Translations under genes and position numbers: made by a program
Assembly: GCF_000829315.1 (NCBI RefSeq)
Contig: NZ_AP013028.1
Coordinates: 840,001 to 872,000, forward strand
From: Wolbachia endosymbiont of Cimex lectularius
GTDB lineage: Bacteria; Pseudomonadota; Alphaproteobacteria; Rickettsiales; Anaplasmataceae
Length of the DNA: 32,000 nt
Reading direction: 5' to 3'
Notes under the pieces: model-generated
What the model saw: only the letters and a program-made list of their open reading frames with translations
Told to the model about the DNA's origin: nothing
Database searches by the model: none
Shown here: positions 20,518 to 29,323 of the stretch, piece by piece
How positions within the stretch are numbered: the stretch's first letter is position 1
How the letters are laid out: each line of letters opens with the position of its first letter

Positions 20518-21369
20518 TCAGTGGACTGACGCTATGATATTAATCGCATTAGCTAGAACATGCTTTTTATCTAAGTGGAGTTGCTTAGCAGCAACAAAAA
20601 GTTCATCTATTTTTTTCCACTTACTTAGCAAAATTTCAACGCCATTTACCTCTCCTTTTATTTTGTCTAAAACGAAGGCTTGAATTATATATGATGCTAG
20701 TTCTAGCTCGATTTCGCTGTTTATTACTTTATTAATTACTTCGGGGTTATTTAAATTACGAAGGAACGTATAAAAGCATTTGTATGATTCATAGGTATCG
20801 CTACTTATAGCATTTATTATCATTCCTGGCGTTCCAGGGAATAAGGTAATAATTTCATCGAATGTTTGGTCATCAAATTTACATTGAGATGAAACGATTT
20901 GCTTCGTTTCATCATAAGTCAGCGGCAGTAAATTTAGCTGAAAGCACCTACATTTGATAGTGGTTTGTATATTGTATGGCTTGTGGCTAATTATGAATAT
21001 TTTAGAGTTCTTTGGCGGCTCTTCTAATATTTTTAATATCGCATTTTTAGCGTTGTTCGTCATTGCTTCTAAGCTATCTATCACGGCTATCTTGTATTCT
21101 GATTGAATAGGGCTTAAGTACAGAAAATTTTTCATTTCTCTCACCTTTTCTACTCCTATTGTGTCACCCTCAACAATGTGCAAATCCAACGCTACTTCAT
21201 CATAGTTTTTTATAAGAAACCAATTAGAAAAGGATTTTACGAGTGTTGCTTTTCCTATCCCCTTTTTACCACAGACCAGCCAAGATTGAACAGACAAGTT
21301 GTCCATTAACTTTTTTTTGGCTTGATCATGACCTATTACTTTTTTCATTCTTTCTCCTATGGACCTCAA
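20518..21369 (-). CDS. holB: DNA polymerase III delta' subunit-like AAA+ protein
   Basis: VIGHDQAKKKLMDN, WLVCGKKGIGKATLV, YKIAVIDSLEAMTNNAKNAILKILEEPPKNSKIFIISHKPYNIQTTIKCRC. Confidence 0.85.
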   Translation of the reverse strand: MRSIGERMKKVIGHDQAKKKLMDNLSVQSWLVCGKKGIGKATLVKSFSNWFLIKNYDEVALDLHIVEGDTIGVEKVREMKNFLYLSPIQSEYKIAVIDSLEAMTNNAKNAILKILEEPPKNSKIFIISHKPYNIQTTIKCRCFQLNLLPLTYDETKQIVSSQCKFDDQTFDEIITLFPGTPGMIINAISSDTYESYKCFYTFLRNLNNPEVINKVINSEIELELASYIIQAFVLDKIKGEVNGVEILLSKWKKIDELFVAAKQLHLDKKHVLANAINIIASVH

Positions 21370-21946
21370 TCTGGAAGCATATTACTTGAAGTGAAACTGC
21401 ACCCCCTCTTAAAATCTTAATCTTATCTCCAGTTAAGTCAATAACAGTAGATTCTATGCCGGAAACTAATTTATCATCTTCAATTACCGCAGACAGATGT
21501 TGCTTAATAGATTGAGGTATATCGCTTGCTTTGTATACACTTTTTTCTCCTGAAATATTGATACTAGTTGCAACTATTGGAGCTTTCAGCTCATTTAGTA
21601 TTGAAATTGCAGTAGGATGATTGGGAATTCTTACGCCTATGCTGCCTTTAAAAAATTCATTTGGTAATATGTTATTACTTTTAAGCGGTAAGATATAGGT
21701 AATCGGTTCGGGAGAGAAGTGGTTTACTAAACTAATATATTTTTCTTCTAGCTCTGCTATTTTTGTCAAACTGTAAAGATCATTAATGAGTATAGATAGT
21801 GGTTTATTTTGAGAACGCTTCTTTATCTGGTATATTCTCTTTATAGCTCCACTATCTAGCGCACTACAAGCAAGAGCATAAACTGTCTCTGTTGGAAAAC
21901 ACACTAACAAGTTATTCTGTATTGCATTTATTATTTCAGATATCAT
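21326..21946 (-). CDS. tsaC: L-threonylcarbamoyladenylate synthase (TsaC/Sua5/YrdC family)
   Basis: FPTETVYALACSALD, IYQIKKRSQNKPLSILI, GVRIPNHPTA, ATSINISGEKS, ESTVIDL; overlaps holB by 44 bp. Confidence 0.92.
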   Translation of the reverse strand: MISEIINAIQNNLLVCFPTETVYALACSALDSGAIKRIYQIKKRSQNKPLSILINDLYSLTKIAELEEKYISLVNHFSPEPITYILPLKSNNILPNEFFKGSIGVRIPNHPTAISILNELKAPIVATSINISGEKSVYKASDIPQSIKQHLSAVIEDDKLVSGIESTVIDLTGDKIKILRGGAVSLQVICFQIEVHRRKNEKSNRS

Positions 21947-22320
21947 ATAGCTAAAAACTTACATTCATATTACGGCATAAGAAATAAACAATTTTACGTA
22001 ATCGTTTCAATACTAACTTTTTTCTGGCATATTTTTCTTCAGCGGTTAAACTGCTATCTTATAATGAATTTTGTCAGTAGTCACTAAGTTTTTTACTTGC
22101 CATTCAAACTGAGCCACCACAACTGTACGAACACTTGTTTTACCAGTGTAACGTGCACAACAAGGATATCATGAAAGCAGTCCTCCTCCTGTTATCTTAG
22201 CACTTTTTCTCCCGTCATTCCAGTGCCTTCTCCTGTCATTCAAGCAACCCATTTCTTGTCACCTCAGCACCTCCTCCTATCATCCCAGCGCCTCCTTTTT
22301 TTGTCATTCCAGCGCGTGAC

Positions 22321-22552
22321 GCACAATTGTACGAACATTGCAATTAGCAGGTAATTTGCGTAACAGACGGTGTCATCCCAGTGCTCCGACACTGGGATTA
22401 GGTCTTTCCATAATCATTAAAACGTCGTATTTTAACATAAAACAGCTACTTTTTACACTCACCAACTTAATAAAATTCCTGGATGCCAGTGTCAGCTACT
22501 TGCATGACACCCTAGTGGTAGGCTCAAATCACAATGTTCGTACAGTTGTGTG
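22321..22552 (+). repeat. MITE-like palindrome-ended repeat, copy A (~232 bp)
   Basis: Left end (a)cacaattgtacgaacattg, right end caatgttcgtacagttgtgt are near-perfect inverted repeats; the body matches 29926-30155. Confidence 0.8.
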
Positions 22553-22640
22553 TCAAGCACTAGGATGACGGGAGAAGGGACGCTGGAATGACACCACTTG
22601 TTGTAAAAATAAATGTTCGTTCATGAATTGCTTTAATATT

Positions 22641-22869
22641 TAAGAAATTTACTAAATGGAGAAAAAAGCAAAAGAAGCCCTGGTCGGTATTTATTTTTAG
22701 TATCGGCGTTTTTATGTCTTAAACGCTGCAATTTAGCTACTTTTAAACGCAACTAGTCTAAGCTATAATATTTAAGAAATTTACTAGACAGAAGAAAAGG
22801 ACAATAAAACCCCGAGGTAGCTAGTTATTCCACTCTCTATTTTAAAATCCGGCGTTGGGTGATGTCTTA
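22641..22869 (+). repeat. Left arm of a ~229-bp inverted repeat; partial copy of the dispersed repeat
   Basis: TTAAGAAATTTACTAAATGG...AAAATCCGGCGTTGGGTGATGTCTTA is the near-exact reverse complement of 25962-26191. Confidence 0.88.
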
Positions 22870-23729
22870 GAACCTGTTTAAAATCTTGGAAATGTGAGGT
22901 AAAGTAAGCATAGATTAATAATGAGGTGTCTATGCAGAAAAGTTATCCAAGTAATATAAGTCAAGAGCAGTTTGAAAAAATCAGGCCAATTTTGGAGAGT
23001 AGCAAGCAGAAAACAAAACCAAGAAAACTTGATTTGTATGACGTATTTTGTGGGGTGTTGTACGTCTTAAAAAGTGGTTGTCAGTGGAGGATGTTACCAA
23101 AGGGTTTTCCAAGATGGGAAAGCGTATATTACTATTTTCGAGTGTGGAGTAAAAAGAATGGAGAAGAGCCAAGCTTGTTGGAATTAGTCTTAAAAAAAAT
23201 TAGTTGGAGAGGTCCGTATCAGCAATGGTCGGAAAGAGAAAACTAGCTTTTGTATAATTGATTCTCAAAGCGTTAAAAACGCAGATACTGCTGAAAAAAA
23301 AAGGCTATGATGCAGGTAAAAAGATTTCAGGGATAAAGCGCCATATTGCAGTTGATACACAAGGTTTGCCACATGCAATTTATGTAACAACGGCAGAAGC
23401 AACTGACCGTAGCAGTGCTGTGAAAATGGTCGAAAATGCTAAAGCAAACCTCTCTGAAGTTAAAAACATACTGGTTGATGCTGGCTACACAGGAGAAAAT
23501 TTTGCAACACAAATAAAAGCTATCATTGGTGCGACTGTTGAAGTAATAAGCGAAGTGAGTTACACACTTTCGTCGTATTGCCAAAAAGATGGGTTGTTGA
23601 ACGCTCTTTTGCCTGGTTAGAAAAGTGCAGGCGATTGTGGAAAAATTGCGAGCGGAAGCTCAACACTAGCTTACAGATGATAGTCCTCTCCTTCATTTCT
23701 CTCCTGTTACGAAGATTTTAAACAGGTTC
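22870..23729 (+). mobile_element. IS5-family insertion sequence, copy 4 (860 bp), mutated
   Basis: Same ends. 9 A instead of 8 A in the CTGAAAAAAAA run and TAAAG->TAAG before CGAAGTGAG, so OrfB is disrupted (23258-23620). Flanks TTA / TAA do not match. Confidence 0.93.
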
Positions 23730-24678
23730 TAAGTAGTAGAGATATTAAGAACACCATCACTAGAATTACAGGTGCACCTTGTAGGTCTGAATTTGACGAT
23801 ATACAAAGAGTACAATCTTTAAAAGGCAACCTCAAAAAGGTCATTTTTGGTCAAGAGCAAGCAATAGAATCTCTCGTCGGTTCTATTAAAATTGCTAAAT
23901 CTGGATTGAGAAATTACAATAAACCCCTAGCAAACTATCTTTTTGCAGGACCAACTGGTGTTGGTAAAACTGAACTTGCAAAACAGTTAGCAAAAAGTAT
24001 GGGTATGAACCTCATACAATATCAAGAATAATTGGCTCTCCTCCTGGATATATAGGTTATGACCAAGGTGGATTGCTTACAGAAGCCGTTTCTAATAATC
24101 AGTATAGTGTTGTGCTTCTTGATGAAATTGAAAAAGCTCACAGTGATATTTATAACATATTGCTGCAAATCATGGATTATGGTTGCATTACAGACACTTA
24201 CGGACGTAAAGTTAACTTTTCCAATGTTATCTTGATCATGACAACCAATACAGGAGCGTTTGAACGCAGCAAAAGCTCTATTAGCTTTGGACACAAAAAT
24301 TTTAACATCAGTGATAGCGAAAAAGCAATAGAGCGGGTTTTTAGCCCTGAATTTCGTAATCGTCTTGATGCAGTTATTTCCTTTTCTAACTTAAATATGG
24401 ATGTGATTTTGTATATTGTAGATAAATTCATTCAGGAGCTGAGGAAACAACTCACACAGAAAGGCATAAGCTGTTTAGTAGAAGATGAAGTAAAGTCTTA
24501 TCTTGCACAAACAGGTTACTGCAAGGAAATGGGGGCACGCCCGATAGAGAGACTGATCGAGAAGAAAATAAAAAGTCACTTAGCTGAAGAAATACTGAAC
24601 CGTCGACTAATTAAAGGAAAGAAGCCGAGAATTTACATGGATAAAAAAGAAAATAAAATTGCTTTTGATATAACTTAA
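23730..24678 (+). pseudogene. clpA: ATP-dependent Clp protease ATP-binding subunit ClpA, 5'-truncated and frameshifted
   Basis: FDDIQRVQSLKGNLKKVIFGQEQAIESLVGSIKIAKSGLRNYNKPLANYLFAGPTGVGKTELAKQLAKSMGMNLI, then a frame change, then ISRIIGSPPGYIGYDQGGLLTEAVSNNQYSVVLLDEIEKAHSDIYNILLQIMDYG...FDIT*. Only the second AAA+ module is present. Confidence 0.92.
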
Positions 24679-24739
24679 AATTCTTGTATTGAGTTTCATC
24701 TTTGTTATAATTTATAACTTAAATTTAAATTGAGTTATA

Positions 24740-25642
24740 GTGATAATAAGCGATAAAGTAAAACAAATCCTAAGCTACTACGAAAGTGAAAGTCCTGGGG
24801 TAAAAGCAAACCTCACTCGTATTCTCATACATGGAAAACTTGGTGGCACTGGCAAATTGGTGATTCTCCCCGTAGATCAAGGATTTGAACACGGACCGAT
24901 AAAAAGTTTTGAAGTTAATCCTGATGCTTATGACCCACATTATCATTTTCAACTTGCACTTGATTCAGGAGTAAGTGCGTATGCTGCTCCACTTGGCATG
25001 ATTGAAGCTGGCGCTTCAACTTACGCTGGAATGCTGCCGCTCATTTTAAAACTTAATAGCTCCAATTCTTTGCATTCAAAAAGTCTCACTTCTGATCAAG
25101 CAATAACCGCCTCTGTGAAAGATGCGCTGCGTTTAGGTTGCACAGCCGTTGGATTTACTATATATCCTGGTTCTGCTAAGTGTTTTGATATGATAGAAGA
25201 GGCTCGTGAAATCATTGCTGAGGCTAAGTCCTGTGGGCTTGCAGTAGTGCTATGGTCTTACCCACGAGGTGAGGGAATTTCCAAAGAAGGTGAAACAGCA
25301 GTTGATGTTATTGCTTATGCTGCGCACATAGCAGCTTTACTTGGTGCTAACATAATAAAAGTAAAACTCCCTACTAACCAATTGGAAAAAGAAAAAATAG
25401 AAGTGGGAAATATTGAGTCGTTATCCAAAAGAATTGAATATATCAAGAAATCTTGCTTTGCAGGGAAAAGAATAGTAGTTTTTTCTGGCGGTGAGTCAAA
25501 GTCGATGAATGATATACGCAATGAGGCAAAAGAAATTAAGCAAGGAGGCGGTAATGGTTCAATCATTGGGCGCAACACTTTTCAACAAAAAAGAGAAGAA
25601 GCTTTATCTATGCTAAAAGATATCATGGATATCTACATGTAA
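24740..25642 (+). CDS. fbaB: Class I fructose-bisphosphate aldolase (DhnA/FbaB type)
   Basis: 300 aa; LVILPVDQGFEHGP, AVGFTIYPGS, VLWSYPRGEGISKEGE, GANIIKVKLP, VVFSGGESK, GNGSIIGRNTFQ. Confidence 0.93.
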   Translation: MIISDKVKQILSYYESESPGVKANLTRILIHGKLGGTGKLVILPVDQGFEHGPIKSFEVNPDAYDPHYHFQLALDSGVSAYAAPLGMIEAGASTYAGMLPLILKLNSSNSLHSKSLTSDQAITASVKDALRLGCTAVGFTIYPGSAKCFDMIEEAREIIAEAKSCGLAVVLWSYPRGEGISKEGETAVDVIAYAAHIAALLGANIIKVKLPTNQLEKEKIEVGNIESLSKRIEYIKKSCFAGKRIVVFSGGESKSMNDIRNEAKEIKQGGGNGSIIGRNTFQQKREEALSMLKDIMDIYM

Positions 25643-25647
25643 AAAAC

Positions 25648-25719
25648 GGCTGGGTGGCAGAATGGTTTATGCGGAGGACTGCAAATCCTTTTATACCGGT
25701 TCAATTCCGGTCCCGGCCT
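25648..25719 (+). tRNA. tRNA-Cys (GCA)
   Basis: Acceptor GGCTGGG/CCCGGCC, anticodon arm GAGGA-CTGCAAA-TCCTT, T arm ACCGG-TTCAATT-CCGGT, discriminator T; CCA not encoded. Confidence 0.93.
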
Positions 25720-25744
25720 CTCCTTATAAAAGTTATAACGTCAT

Positions 25745-26191
25745 CCAATAGAAACAAAAAAACTACTTGACAACCTTCACCAACCCCCCTTATAATGACA
25801 CTGAAGCTATTTGTTTAATTTCCCAATCTGTGCAGGTTAAAATGACAAGAAAGCTCGTATTTGGCGTACTATTGTTTAATTTTTCGCACTATGTACACTG
25901 CATGTCTTTTTAAAACTACGGGTTTTTACCCATACAAGCTGAAACGCGCTTATAAGTCGTTTAAGACATCACCCAACGCCGGATTTTAAAATAGAGAGTG
26001 GAATAACTAGCTACCTCAGGGTTTTATTGTCTTCTTTTTCTGCCTGGTAAATTTCTTAAATATTATAGTTTAGACTAGTTGCGTTTAAAAGCAGCTAAAT
26101 TGCAGCGTTTAAGGCATAAAAACGCCAATACTAAAAATAAATACCGACCAGGGCTTCTTTTGCTTTTTTTCTCGCTTGGTAAATTTCTTAA
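25745..26191 (+). repeat. Dispersed non-coding repeat, full-length copy; its distal half is the right arm of the inverted repeat with 22641-22869
   Basis: Shares ATAGAAACAAAAAACTACTTGACAACC at one end and AAGCAAAAGAAGCCC (reverse complement) at the other with 9371-9836. Confidence 0.85.
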
Positions 26192-26436
26192 ACATAGAGG
26201 TTGTTGAATGCAACCTCCACAGGAAAGGATGTCATAAAAGTAGTAGATACTGGCCACTTTTAACCGCAAGTTACCTGTAATTGCAATGTTCATGTGTCGC
26301 ACTACTTGCATAGCAGAGCAACGCAAGCTTATGCGAATGATATCTATTATTGTAATTATAGTATATACTAGTTTAGCAATAAATTAACTAATAGACATTA
26401 TAATATTGATAATTGTAAATTTATTGAGAGATTTTT

Positions 26437-27603
26437 ATGAGTGAAAAGAAATATATTTTTAAGATAGACCACAGTAAGGCCATTGAAAAGTTTGGAAGAA
26501 ACCTTGAGACTCATGGTAGAGAGAAAATCACTAGCAGCGACTTTAAAGTAACATGTGTTAATTGTTTATATTATAAAGAAATCGAAGTTGATGCAAATTA
26601 CTACCCGTACAGGCCGATGCTCTTTATCCCTGACTTACATTTTACTATAGTAAAAAGTGAAAGCGTAATTGATATAGTAAAAGATGAAGATGGTTCAGTT
26701 AAGATAATGAGAAGTAATGAATATGGAGATGAAAATGTAATTGCTTACTTTTCGGATAAAGATGGAAATATGACTCATGATCCTCAATATTTTGAAAAGG
26801 TGATAATTAATATTATAAAAGACTTCAAAGACTTATATGATGCAATATCAAATTGTGGTATTCTTCTGCTTGAGAATTTGACAGATACTTACATTCAAAA
26901 CATAATAGAGTACTTAACAGGAAACCAACTTCAAGCCCTAGCAGAGCACTTAAGCGACGATCAACTCCAAGCTTTGGTAGATCATTTAACTAATCACCAA
27001 CTCAAAACTCTCGCTCAGGAGTTAAATGAGACAAAACTGAAAGTTATCGTTCCTATTTTAGATGAGAATCAGCTTGAAACTCTAGTAAAAGAGTTAAAAC
27101 CAGGACAATTAGAAAACGTCTTACCCCACTTAAAAATGGATCAGTTTAAAGTACTCATTAACAGTATAGATGACCCTCAACTTATAGATCTAACAAGAAA
27201 TTTATCTGACCACCACTTAACCATTCTTTCTAAGGAACTATGGCATGAACGACTTCAGTTCCTAGTACACACTTTAGAAGGAGATAAATTAAAGGATTTA
27301 GTCAATAAGCTAGATCACGAGAAGCTTGAAGTAATAGCTCAAAATTTAACCGATCCTGGCAGAATTAAACTTATAATTGATTCCCTAACTGACTCTGAAA
27401 AACTTCAAATTTTTGCTCACAATATTTCTGAACAGCTATTCGCAGAACTTTTGAATAATCTCGATACAAAAGAGCTTAAAGATATTATTCACAAGCTGCC
27501 TTATGAGAAAGTCACAACTGTGATTGGTCAATCAGGTGATAAACATCAACTTGATTTTATTGTTAGAGTATTGGAGGAGAAGTTTGGGGATCAGTTCAAA
27601 TAA
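26437..27603 (+). CDS. Unknown protein with ~16 tandem 12-residue helical repeats
   Basis: 388 aa; NQLQALAEHLSD/DQLQALVDHLTN/HQLKTLAQELNE/TKLKVIVPILDE/NQLETLVKELKP/GQLENVLPHLKM/DQFKVLINSIDD/PQLIDLTRNLSD/HHLTILSKELWH/ERLQFLVHTLEG/DKLKDLVNKLDH/EKLEVIAQNLTD... Confidence 0.9.
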   Translation: MSEKKYIFKIDHSKAIEKFGRNLETHGREKITSSDFKVTCVNCLYYKEIEVDANYYPYRPMLFIPDLHFTIVKSESVIDIVKDEDGSVKIMRSNEYGDENVIAYFSDKDGNMTHDPQYFEKVIINIIKDFKDLYDAISNCGILLLENLTDTYIQNIIEYLTGNQLQALAEHLSDDQLQALVDHLTNHQLKTLAQELNETKLKVIVPILDENQLETLVKELKPGQLENVLPHLKMDQFKVLINSIDDPQLIDLTRNLSDHHLTILSKELWHERLQFLVHTLEGDKLKDLVNKLDHEKLEVIAQNLTDPGRIKLIIDSLTDSEKLQIFAHNISEQLFAELLNNLDTKELKDIIHKLPYEKVTTVIGQSGDKHQLDFIVRVLEEKFGDQFK

Positions 27604-27621
27604 AACGAAGAGGTTATTGAG

Positions 27622-27726
27622 ATGCTCAAGCAAATCAAGGAGGATATGCCATACTTTGCACATGATCAAAATTTCACAGCAGAAGATGGCGATACATATC
27701 CTTATGATTCGTCAATACTTGTATAA
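27622..27726 (+). CDS. Possible small ORF (34 aa)
   Basis: MLKQIKEDMPYFAHDQNFTAEDGDTYPYDSSILV, between the repeat protein and the 125 aa ORF; weak evidence. Confidence 0.3.
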   Translation: MLKQIKEDMPYFAHDQNFTAEDGDTYPYDSSILV

Positions 27727-27764
27727 TTGAAATTTTTACTTTTTAATTTTCCATAGGAGGTCGT

Positions 27765-28142
27765 ATGACTAAAGAAATGCAACAACTTCAAAAACCTACA
27801 TTTGTCAAACCTGTGTTTGCAAAGCCGACAATCACTCCGCTATTTTTTGATAAAAAGGCGAATAAAGAAATTGATATCACCGGTGATGTCAACACTGCAG
27901 AGATCGATGAAAGAATGATGGTAAATGTTGTTAGATTTAAAGCTTTTTATGATAGTTTAATAAACAACATCAACGAATACAACAACAGTATAAGTTCTAA
28001 TATTGAAAATGGCGTAATAAATCCACTATCAGCAACTATAGATAGTATAGGTACGAAAACAAAGGAAATAATGGATAAAATCAAAGAAATTGAGGAAAAT
28101 ATGCCATACTACTCACCAACACAGGCAGGAGATATATTATAG
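27765..28142 (+). CDS. Hypothetical protein, 125 aa, coiled-coil-like C-terminal half
   Basis: Intact ORF on the same strand as the repeat protein, preceded by AGGAGG. Confidence 0.7.
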   Translation: MTKEMQQLQKPTFVKPVFAKPTITPLFFDKKANKEIDITGDVNTAEIDERMMVNVVRFKAFYDSLINNINEYNNSISSNIENGVINPLSATIDSIGTKTKEIMDKIKEIEENMPYYSPTQAGDIL

Positions 28143-28189
28143 ATATAGAGATGCAATCTCAAGGTAATTTTAGATAGTATATACCAAGC

Positions 28190-28227
28190 AAGAAAACAAC
28201 AGCCTGATATCAGGCTGTTGTTTTCTT
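28190..28227 (+). terminator. Strong hairpin, probable (bidirectional) terminator
   Basis: AAGAAAACAACAGCCTGATATCAGGCTGTTGTTTTCTT is a perfect 38-nt palindrome. Confidence 0.85.
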
Positions 28228-28450
28228 TGCATGCTATTTTAGTACAAGTTTTAAAATTTTAATTTTTGCAGGAGTTAACGTGAGTAATTACAGTGAACAG
28301 GAAAGTGAAAACAATTTCAAAACAATAAGCAGAATAGAAGTTAAACACAGACCTCCATCTTTCGAGTAGTAGAAAGGAAATAATGCACAAGATACCCTCT
28401 TGTTTTTTAACACAGTTAATATCTTGACTTTATCTGGTTAATACCCCAAA

Positions 28451-29257
28451 TTGTGGAAAACAGAAAGTTCTATGGCAACAAGTCTACTACAAGGCAAAAA
28501 GGGATTAATAACTGGAATAACAAACAAGAGGTCGATAGCATACGGCATAGCAAAAACTCTCTCAGAGCACGGAGCAGAACTTGCAATCACTTATCAAAAC
28601 GAAATGGTAAGGGAGAGATTATCACCGGTAGCAGCTGAGCTAAATGTGGAGTTAGTACTAAATTGTGATATTGCAAATGAGGAGACCATAGATGAGGTTT
28701 TTAAGATAATAGAAAAAAAATGGGGCACTCTTGATTTTTTGGTACACGCAATTGCATTCTCTGACAAGAATGAACTCGGTGGTAAATATGTTAACACATC
28801 ACTGAGCAACTTCCTCAACGCAATGCATATATCATGCTATTCTTTTACTGCTCTAGCGCAAAGAGCTGAAAAGATAATGCCAAACGGCGGTAGTTTACTC
28901 ACTTTGTCTTACTATGGCGCTGAAAAAGTTATGCCAAATTATAATGTTATGGGCCTATGTAAAGCAGCACTCGAAGCAAGTGTAAGATATATAGCATGCG
29001 ACCTTGGACCGCAAAACATCAGAGTGAATGCCATTTCTGCTGGTCCAATTAGAACTTTAGCATCTTCTGGAATAAGCAATTTTCACTTCATATCAGAATG
29101 GAACAGAAATAATTCTCCACTAAGGCGCAATACTACAATAGAAGACGTTGGAAAAGCAGCGCTGTATTTGCTGAGTGACTTAAGTAGCGGTACCACTGGG
29201 GAAGTTTTACATGTTGATTCAGGATATAATGTGGTAGGGATGAAAGCAATTGATTAG
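28451..29257 (+). CDS. fabI: Enoyl-[acyl-carrier-protein] reductase (NADH)
   Basis: GKKGLITGITNKRSIAYGIAKTLSEHGAELAITYQ, LDFLVHAIAFSD, LTLSYYGAEKVMPNYNVMGLCKAALEASVRYIA, RVNAISAGPIRTLASSGI; start may be an internal ATG (8th codon). Confidence 0.96.
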   Translation: MWKTESSMATSLLQGKKGLITGITNKRSIAYGIAKTLSEHGAELAITYQNEMVRERLSPVAAELNVELVLNCDIANEETIDEVFKIIEKKWGTLDFLVHAIAFSDKNELGGKYVNTSLSNFLNAMHISCYSFTALAQRAEKIMPNGGSLLTLSYYGAEKVMPNYNVMGLCKAALEASVRYIACDLGPQNIRVNAISAGPIRTLASSGISNFHFISEWNRNNSPLRRNTTIEDVGKAALYLLSDLSSGTTGEVLHVDSGYNVVGMKAID

Positions 29258-29323
29258 TTCAAAGTTGAGTGTGAGAAAAAAGCCTTTCTAAAACTGGTAA
29301 TATGATTTATAGTCGGTAATGCA

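Noticed and set aside
22141-22330. Possible CRISPR-like array from repeated TGTCATTCCAG phrases
   Set aside because: Spacing and repeat length are irregular, the intervening sequence is itself repetitive, and no cas genes are present.
22338-22568. 76 aa plus-strand ORF
   Set aside because: It coincides with the MITE-like repeat, and I saw no independent sign of coding.
24022-24431. Antisense ORFs over the clpA fragment
   Set aside because: The plus strand carries clear ClpA motifs, so the antisense frames are chance.
26923-27504. Recent 36-bp DNA satellite
   Set aside because: Periodicity is at the protein level only; nucleotide sequences of the units differ widely, so it is a coding repeat and not a young minisatellite.
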